Shown: positions 53,695 to 59,677 of the stretch, piece after piece | How positions within the stretch are numbered: position 1 is the first letter of the stretch | Layout of the letters: each line of letters begins with the position of its first letter | DNA from: a virus | Lineage: Duplodnaviria > Caudoviricetes | Length of the DNA stretch: 59,677 bases | IMG/VR virus record: IMGVR_UViG_3300035670_000231 | Location: 1 to 59,677 of that record | Strand: one strand, 5' to 3' | Made by a program: the position numbers and the translations under genes | The notes under the pieces: model-generated | What the model was told of the DNA's origin: nothing | Seen by the model: only the letters and a program-made list of their open reading frames with translations | Database searches by the model: none

Positions 53695-54612
53695 TCAGGC
53701 AGCCCGGCGCTTCTGGACATAGGCGCCGTACAGCGCCGGGTTCTGTTCGACCGCCTTGGTGTAGGCGGCCTCGTAGGTCATGCCGGTGTTGGCCTTCTGG
53801 ATCTCCTCGGCCTTGGCCTTGAGCATCTCGGCGGGGTCGCCGTCGACCGCGGCAGCCGAGCCCATGGCCTTGAAGAGCGGCGACTTGCTGGCGATCTCGC
53901 CGGCCGACTTGAGCAGCGTCTCCAGGGCGGCGGCATCATCGGCCGTGGTGGCGCCCTTGGCCACGCGCATCAGCAGCGGGCCCACCTCGTCGGCGTTGCC
54001 GAAGCCGATGGCCTTGGCCTTGGCGATGGCCGTCTCAGCGTCCTGCTTGTCGCGGGCCTTTTGCAGCTCCGCACGGGCGTCCGCCTCGGCCTTGCGCGCC
54101 TTGAGGATAGCCTCGCGGGCGGGCTCGGGCAGCGACTTCAGGAAGGCCTCGTCGGCCGAGGCAGGGTCGGCCGCCTTGGCGATCGTGCCCTCCAGCTCGG
54201 CGATGCGTGCATCCTTGGCCTTGACCACGCCCTCCAGCTCGGCCGCCTTGGCCGTGGCCGCCTCGTTGCTCTTGGACAGCTCGTCGAGCCGGGCCTCGGC
54301 TTCTTCCAGCGACTTGCTCAGCGCTTCCAGATCCATTGCGATCTCCTGGTTCATTGCCGCGGCATTCGCCGCCGATTTCGCCATGGCGCGCCGGCCGCGC
54401 GGGCCCATGTCGTCGTCTTCTTCCATGTCGTCGTCGTCGTAGTCCGCCGACTTCGCCATGCAGTTGCCCTTCTTCATGCACGCATCGGGGGTCTTGCAGC
54501 CCTCGCACGGCTTCATCTTGGCCTTGAAGATCTCGACCTTGGCGCCAGGGTTTGCGCCGTCATCGACGAGGCTGATCTCCTCGATCTCCATGTCCGAAAG
54601 TGCGGTTGCCAT
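53695..54612 (-). CDS. Scaffold protein with N-terminal protease strand
   Basis: TGATG coupled; EISLVDDGANPGA then coiled coil; true start 54612, not 55068. Confidence 0.85.
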   Translation of the reverse strand: MATALSDMEIEEISLVDDGANPGAKVEIFKAKMKPCEGCKTPDACMKKGNCMAKSADYDDDDMEEDDDMGPRGRRAMAKSAANAAAMNQEIAMDLEALSKSLEEAEARLDELSKSNEAATAKAAELEGVVKAKDARIAELEGTIAKAADPASADEAFLKSLPEPAREAILKARKAEADARAELQKARDKQDAETAIAKAKAIGFGNADEVGPLLMRVAKGATTADDAAALETLLKSAGEIASKSPLFKAMGSAAAVDGDPAEMLKAKAEEIQKANTGMTYEAAYTKAVEQNPALYGAYVQKRRAA

Positions 54613-55007
54613 CAGTCCTCCAGCTTCTTGCGCTTGCCGCGCCCGCCTATCGAGAAGGCCTTCAGCTCGCCCGAGGCGACCCGCTTCTGCACCTTCTCGT
54701 CGTTGATCTGCATGCCGATCCACCAGCCGCGGCGGTTGTCGGCGATCCCCAGGGCCTTGGCGAAGGCGTCGTCGATGATCACGCTCTCGACGACCTCGCC
54801 GACCTGGGCGCCCTTGTGCATAGCCTTGGCCACCCGGGCCTCGGTCACGAATCGGTGGGCCGCCTTGCGCAGATCCTCCATGGCGATCACGTCGCCCTGC
54901 CAGTCCTCGACCGGCTTGCCATCGACCGAGGCCACCGAGGCCCAGCCGCGGACAAAGCGGCCGCCGGAGTCGGCCTTTTCGAAGGCGAAGCTCAGGTCGA
55001 AGTCCAT
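54612..55007 (-). CDS. XkdF-like prohead serine protease
   Basis: GWASV..DWQGD..MH..VVES..GWWIG..AFSIGG. Confidence 0.88.
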   Translation of the reverse strand: MDFDLSFAFEKADSGGRFVRGWASVASVDGKPVEDWQGDVIAMEDLRKAAHRFVTEARVAKAMHKGAQVGEVVESVIIDDAFAKALGIADNRRGWWIGMQINDEKVQKRVASGELKAFSIGGRGKRKKLED

Positions 55008-55089
55008 GATCGGAGGGTCTCTTCTGGGCAAAACAAAAGCCGCATCTCTGCGGCTTATTTGACCACACGCGGATCGGCGGATGTGGATC

Positions 55090-55569
55090 CTACGTCTCGT
55101 CGTCCTGATCGTAGGGCAGGCCCATCACGGCCGCCTGATAGAACTCGACGAGGGCATCGATCCGCCAGGGCAGCTCCTGCTCGGGCAGCTCGTCGTTCTC
55201 GAACGGCAGGTAGATGTCGAGGAACTCCGAGACCATGCGCAGCAGCAGCCGCTCCACGGCGTCGGCCGCCTCGCCCTCCATGCCTGCCCCCTCGACCAAG
55301 GCCCGGCCGAGATGCTTCTCGGAGAACCACGGGGTCATCGCGTAGCGGATGTCGCTGCCGTAGAACACGTCCTGCAGGCGCTGCACCTCATCCCGGATCG
55401 GCCCGAGGATGTCCTGCCGCTTGCCCTGGAGCTGATCGGCGCGCAGCTCGGTCACCAGCTTGAGCAGCCCGCGCAGCAGGTCGTTGACCACGGTGGGCGA
55501 GCCGAGCGACGGCTTGTCGGCGGTCAGCCCGAGAAGGGTCATCTCGATGGAGTCGGGGATCGGTGGCAT
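55090..55569 (-). CDS. Acidic helical hypothetical protein; candidate immunity protein
   Basis: Directly downstream of ART-ending polyprotein; own promoter. Confidence 0.75.
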   Translation of the reverse strand: MPPIPDSIEMTLLGLTADKPSLGSPTVVNDLLRGLLKLVTELRADQLQGKRQDILGPIRDEVQRLQDVFYGSDIRYAMTPWFSEKHLGRALVEGAGMEGEAADAVERLLLRMVSEFLDIYLPFENDELPEQELPWRIDALVEFYQAAVMGLPYDQDDET

Positions 55570-55576
55570 GGTGCGC

Positions 55577-55605
55577 AGTCTAGGGCGAGGTTAAGGCGAC
55601 GGCAA
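55577..55605 (-). promoter_or_regulatory. Sigma70-like promoter, probably leaderless
   Basis: TTGCCG-17-TAGACT-7-ATG; no SD. Confidence 0.75.
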
Positions 55606-55622
55606 ATACTCGGTGCGTCGGA

Positions 55623-58600
55623 TCAGTTGGGCAGGGTGGGCAGCAGCACCGCATCGACGACGACCGTCTTGCCCACCTTCTTGGCGCCACGGATAAGGTA
55701 GCGCTGGTTGGGAGGGAACAGGCCCTCGCCCTCGCCGACGTTGGCGCCGAGCCACGCCGGGAACACCCGGACGCCGGGCCCGGCGGTAAAGTTCCACTGG
55801 ATGTCGTTGTTGCCCAGGATCTGGTTGCCGCCCGTCCACGAGCTGGAGGTGTAGCCCGGCTCCTGCAGGACGGTGCCCTTCTCGGCGGTCAAGAGGAACT
55901 GCTGCAGCTCCTGCAGTTCCTTGGTGTTGGGCGTCTGGCCGTAGCCCTTCGTGCCCATGTTGCGCACGAAGGTCGAGCCGGGCGGGACGTCGACCAGCAG
56001 CGCCTCGAAGTCCTTGGTGTGCTGCTCCACCGACTTGCCGCCGTACTTGGCATCCGTGCCGGTGCGCAGGGCGGTGTTCAGCGCCTTGGCGCCCGAGGTG
56101 GTAACGTAGGTGCCGAAGGTGTCCTTGGCCGTCTGCGGCGATGCGGCGTAATGCTTCTGTGCTGCCGAAACCCAGGACGCGCCAGCGATCACCGAGTCGT
56201 CGGCGGCCGGCAGGTCCATGACGGGGTCCGCCTTGCCGAGCACGATGTAGTTGCCGATGCGCTGCGACTTGGCAACGGCAGCGATCGACTTGCCGGACGG
56301 CACCGGCTTCAGCTTGGCGCTGATCTCCTGCAGCGTGGCGCCGGTGACAGTGCGGCCGATTTTCGGCATGCGCGGCGGGTTGAGCTGCAGGTCGACCTCG
56401 CCCACAAGGTCCTTCCAGTAGGACGACACGTGGACGGAGGGGTGCCCGCCGTAGCTTTGGAACTGCCCGGTCGGCGCACCCGTGGCCTTGTCGATCACCC
56501 GGAAGGTGAGGTTCTGCAGGGCCTGCAGGTCGCCGGTCTGCGCGGTGGCGAATATGTGGTTGACGGCCTTGTTGTTGGCCTCGTTGATGTGCGGCTGCGA
56601 CGACAGCGGCTTGCCGCCGGAGCCCAGCACGTTGAAGTTGGGCGGCGCCTTGAGGTTCTCGGCCTTGAAGACGGGCTTCTGCTTGGGCTTGGTGGCCGGG
56701 TGCGGTGCCAGTGCCGGTGCGCCTGCCGTCGCCAGCGCCGCCGCGGCCTGGGCGGCTGGGATGCCGCCGGTCAGCGACGGGTGCGTGTTGGCCTTCTGGC
56801 CGGCCGCGACCTTGAGGTCCGAGCCCAGCGCCGCCAGCGTGTCGTTGGCGATCTGCGCCTGCTTCTTGCCGTAGGTGTTGGTGCCGTAGTTCAGGCTGAT
56901 CAGGCCCATGACGTCGCCGGCGGCGGCCAGATCCTTGATCTTGTCGATCTTGGCGTTGTGCGACGCGGCGTTGCTGTTGCCCGCGGGCAGCTTGGTGGCG
57001 TCGAAGTCGGGCAGTGAGACGGCCGCCTTGGCCTGCGCCACCGCCTGCGCCTGGGCGGCCTGCGCGGGCTTGGCGAGCGCGTCCTGCGCCGCCTGGATGA
57101 CCGCCGCCTGCTGGGTCTTGGCCTTGCCCTCCAGGTCGGCCACGATCGCGTCGTAGTAGCCCACGAGCTTCTTGCTGTTCGCGGTGTTGCCGGCCCAGGT
57201 GGCTTTGGTCTTCTGCTCGTGCTTTGCCTTCCACTGCTTCATGGCGTCAAGGTCGCCGGATCCAGCGAAGGACTGCACCGTCAGCGCCAGCGACGTGTAG
57301 TAGCCGTCGGACTTCAGCCCGGTGTTGAAGGTTGGCGGCACGGCCGCCGTTGCCGGCGCCGCAGCAGCCGGGGCCGGCGCTGCCGCCGCGGGCGCGGGTG
57401 CACGAGCGGGCGTGCCCGACGTCTGGCTCTGCAGGTAGGCCAGCATCTCGGCCGAGCCGGGCTCGTTCTTGTTCTGCGGAGCCGTAAGGTAGGCCTTGAC
57501 TCCGTCGAGGGCGGACTTGTCGCCGGTCTTCACGGCGTCGTCGATGTCCGCCTTCAGGCTGGCGAACATGCCGAAGTTCTGCGCGGCCGGCTTGGCGGCC
57601 GGCTTGGCGGCCGGTGCTGCAACTGGCGGCGGGGTGCCCTCCGCCATGGCGTAGAGCAGCTTGCTGACGTCGTTGGACAAGACCGCGCCGTACTTGGCCT
57701 TGAACCCCAGCTTGTCGAGGATCGAGTATTCGAAGGACTGCTTGACCGTGCTGAAGATCGACGTCCCCGATGCGACGTTCTTCTTCGCATCGGCCAGGGT
57801 CTGGCTGATCAGCGCCGCCATCTGCTCGGCGCCACCCGGGGCGTTCATCTTCCCCATGATGTCGTTGACCGCCTGGATGGTCGCCGAGTGCGCAGCGATC
57901 GCCTTCTTCTTCTTCGCCGCGTTGATGCCGCCGATGCTCTTGAAGGGCGACTTGCCGGGGCCGTCGCCTTCGAACTCGATGACGGTTTTGTTCTCCTTGT
58001 ACTTTTTGGCGTTCAGCGCATCGATCTTCGACTTGGCATCGTCGGCCACGGCCTGCAGCGAAGACTTCAGCGCCTGCGGGTCGATCGACGGGCCTGGGGC
58101 AGGCGTGCTGGCCGCCGGAGACATCGCGACCGAGAACAAGGCCATCAGCGCATCGTCGTCGTTTTTCGGCGCCGCCGGACCCTTCAGCCCGGCCCGGGTG
58201 AGGATGTCGTCGCGTCGGGCGATCAGCGTCTGCGCGAGCTGGGCCTTGGCGGCAGCGTCCCCGGGCCCGTGCGCGTCGACCAGCTTCTTGATCGTGTCGT
58301 CGTTGATCTGCTGCAGCTTCTTCGCACTCTCGGTGAGCTGGCTCGCGGTCATCTTGCCGTAGACCGCCTTCTGCTCGGCGGTCGTGGTGCGCATGCTGTC
58401 CCACTCGTCGGCCTTGTCGCCGAACTTGTCCTTGGGCAGCCCCTGCGCCCGGAACAGGATCGCCCCGCCCGGGTCGATGTTGATGGCCTTCCCGTCCTTG
58501 ATGACCGTGTTGTCGGCGCCCATGCCGAGCACGTCGTAGTTGCCCAGCCATGCGTGGACCGCGAAGTCGGCCTGGGTGGCGGCGAGGTGCGCCGCGTTCT

Positions 58601-59677
58601 TCGTGTTGAGCGCCTGAAAGCCGTCCAGCATCTTGCCGGCGACACCGAGCCCGCCGCCGAGCCCGAAGGCGTCTTCGAGGTCGACCAGCTTCATCTCGAC
58701 GGTGCCGGCGCCCACCGCGGCCATGAGCTTCGAGGCCAGGATCTCGTTCTTCGCCCGGTCGTTCGACTGCGCCTCGGTGACCGCGCCCTGCACGACCTTG
58801 GCGTTGCCCTTGACCAGCCACGCGTCGCCCTTGCCGTCCTGATAGATGCCACCGGGGTTCGAGCCGCCGGGCTTCGCCCCGATCTTCGTCATCGAGCTGA
58901 GCTTCTCGGGGCCGCGGATCTTGGCGGCTGCCGCTTCGGCCTTGGGGGCAGCCTGCAGCGTGTCGGCCAGGGCGCCGGCGTAGTAGGCGTTCATGGCCGA
59001 CCACTTCGCCTGCGTGTTCAGGCCCTTGCCGCTGCCCTGGTTCCAGGCGGCGAGCTTGCCGGCATTCTTGGCGGCGTAGTCCTTGAGGCCGGCGAGGTCG
59101 CCGCTCTTGGCGAGCGCGTAGAGCGCCTGGGCGGCCTTCTGCGGGCCCATGTTGCCGGCCGAGCCGATCTTGGGCGGCGGGGTCGGGATGCCGTCGGAGT
59201 CGTAGGCCTTGAACTGCCCGCCCACGGGCGTGCCGGACGGCCAGCGCGGCTGCTTCGCCCAGGCGCCGCTGTTGCCTCCGCCCGGGGCCTTGGCCTTGGC
59301 CAGCAGCACCCGTGCGCGGGCCAGCAGCCCCCGGGCCTTGGCCAGCGATCCGCCGACCTCGATCTCGGCCTGGATGGCGTCGGTGATGGACTTGTCGACG
59401 CCCATGTTGAGCAGCGACTTCATCCGGGCGACCGGCGCCAGCCGCATCGCCTGCGTCTCCCAGCCCATGGCCGAAGGGGTGCCGGAGACGCGCCGGGCCA
59501 CGTAGTACCGGGCCTTCGACGTGGTGCGCTCGAAGTCGCCAAGCACGCCGGTGATCTCGACCTTGAGCCCGGTCTCCTCGTAGGCCTCCTTGATGGCGTT
59601 GGCCTGCATCGGCAGGCCGGGCTCCATCCCGCCCTTGGGGAAGGTGTGCTCGTAGCCGCCGAACTCGTTGGTGGGCT
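55623..59677 (-). CDS. 3' part of polyprotein: end of Nudix, HipA/PI3-4K-like kinase (~58200..58890), helical repeats, ADP-ribosyltransferase (~55630..56130)
   Basis: GGSNPGG..WLVK..NE..WLGNYD..DN..IDPG kinase motifs; NTALR..FVR..YTSSS..GEGE R-S-E ART motifs. Confidence 0.9.
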   Translation of the reverse strand, partial: PTNEFGGYEHTFPKGGMEPGLPMQANAIKEAYEETGLKVEITGVLGDFERTTSKARYYVARRVSGTPSAMGWETQAMRLAPVARMKSLLNMGVDKSITDAIQAEIEVGGSLAKARGLLARARVLLAKAKAPGGGNSGAWAKQPRWPSGTPVGGQFKAYDSDGIPTPPPKIGSAGNMGPQKAAQALYALAKSGDLAGLKDYAAKNAGKLAAWNQGSGKGLNTQAKWSAMNAYYAGALADTLQAAPKAEAAAAKIRGPEKLSSMTKIGAKPGGSNPGGIYQDGKGDAWLVKGNAKVVQGAVTEAQSNDRAKNEILASKLMAAVGAGTVEMKLVDLEDAFGLGGGLGVAGKMLDGFQALNTKNAAHLAATQADFAVHAWLGNYDVLGMGADNTVIKDGKAINIDPGGAILFRAQGLPKDKFGDKADEWDSMRTTTAEQKAVYGKMTASQLTESAKKLQQINDDTIKKLVDAHGPGDAAAKAQLAQTLIARRDDILTRAGLKGPAAPKNDDDALMALFSVAMSPAASTPAPGPSIDPQALKSSLQAVADDAKSKIDALNAKKYKENKTVIEFEGDGPGKSPFKSIGGINAAKKKKAIAAHSATIQAVNDIMGKMNAPGGAEQMAALISQTLADAKKNVASGTSIFSTVKQSFEYSILDKLGFKAKYGAVLSNDVSKLLYAMAEGTPPPVAAPAAKPAAKPAAQNFGMFASLKADIDDAVKTGDKSALDGVKAYLTAPQNKNEPGSAEMLAYLQSQTSGTPARAPAPAAAAPAPAAAAPATAAVPPTFNTGLKSDGYYTSLALTVQSFAGSGDLDAMKQWKAKHEQKTKATWAGNTANSKKLVGYYDAIVADLEGKAKTQQAAVIQAAQDALAKPAQAAQAQAVAQAKAAVSLPDFDATKLPAGNSNAASHNAKIDKIKDLAAAGDVMGLISLNYGTNTYGKKQAQIANDTLAALGSDLKVAAGQKANTHPSLTGGIPAAQAAAALATAGAPALAPHPATKPKQKPVFKAENLKAPPNFNVLGSGGKPLSSQPHINEANNKAVNHIFATAQTGDLQALQNLTFRVIDKATGAPTGQFQSYGGHPSVHVSSYWKDLVGEVDLQLNPPRMPKIGRTVTGATLQEISAKLKPVPSGKSIAAVAKSQRIGNYIVLGKADPVMDLPAADDSVIAGASWVSAAQKHYAASPQTAKDTFGTYVTTSGAKALNTALRTGTDAKYGGKSVEQHTKDFEALLVDVPPGSTFVRNMGTKGYGQTPNTKELQELQQFLLTAEKGTVLQEPGYTSSSWTGGNQILGNNDIQWNFTAGPGVRVFPAWLGANVGEGEGLFPPNQRYLIRGAKKVGKTVVVDAVLLPTLPN
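59551..59677. repeat. End overlap, identical to 1..127
   Basis: Exact match. Confidence 0.97.

Noticed and set aside
54613-55068. N-terminal extension of the scaffold ORF
   Set aside because: Overlaps the protease gene out of frame; the coupled ATG at 54612 with GGAGG RBS is the better start
59551-59677. Biological direct terminal repeat
   Set aside because: 127 bp equals a common assembler k-mer and falls mid-gene; best read as circular assembly overlap
1-59677. tRNA, rRNA, introns or inteins
   Set aside because: No cloverleaf or T-loop signature noticed; terminase, portal and capsid have ordinary lengths. Checked by eye only

Overview
Apparently complete circular genome (59,550 bp after removing a 127-bp end overlap) of a GC-rich siphovirus-type tailed phage. 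The spanins point to a Gram-negative host, probably proteobacterial. The minus strand carries terminase, a DUF935-type portal, a fibre module directly after the portal, MuF, a split prohead protease plus scaffold, the major capsid, head-tail genes, a lambda-like tail (tube, frameshifted chaperones, tape measure, M/L/K/I/J-like), holin, endolysin and spanins, replication genes and two amino-MTases. Plus-strand islands of small early genes, a YqaJ recombination operon and a C5-MTase are interleaved with these. No integrase, DNA polymerase, tRNA or CRISPR array was seen. The most striking element is a ~1829-aa head-module polyprotein that crosses the contig junction and is truncated in the ORF track. 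It joins Nudix, HipA/PI3-4K-like kinase and ADP-ribosyltransferase domains through candidate protease sites, repeats an RWPxG..GGQF tag, contains a copy of the capsid N-terminal peptide, and is followed by a separately promoted candidate immunity gene. Two palindromic operator families, a gene split by an MTase cassette and a nested ORF inside that MTase were also found. All family assignments come from motif recognition by eye, not database searches.
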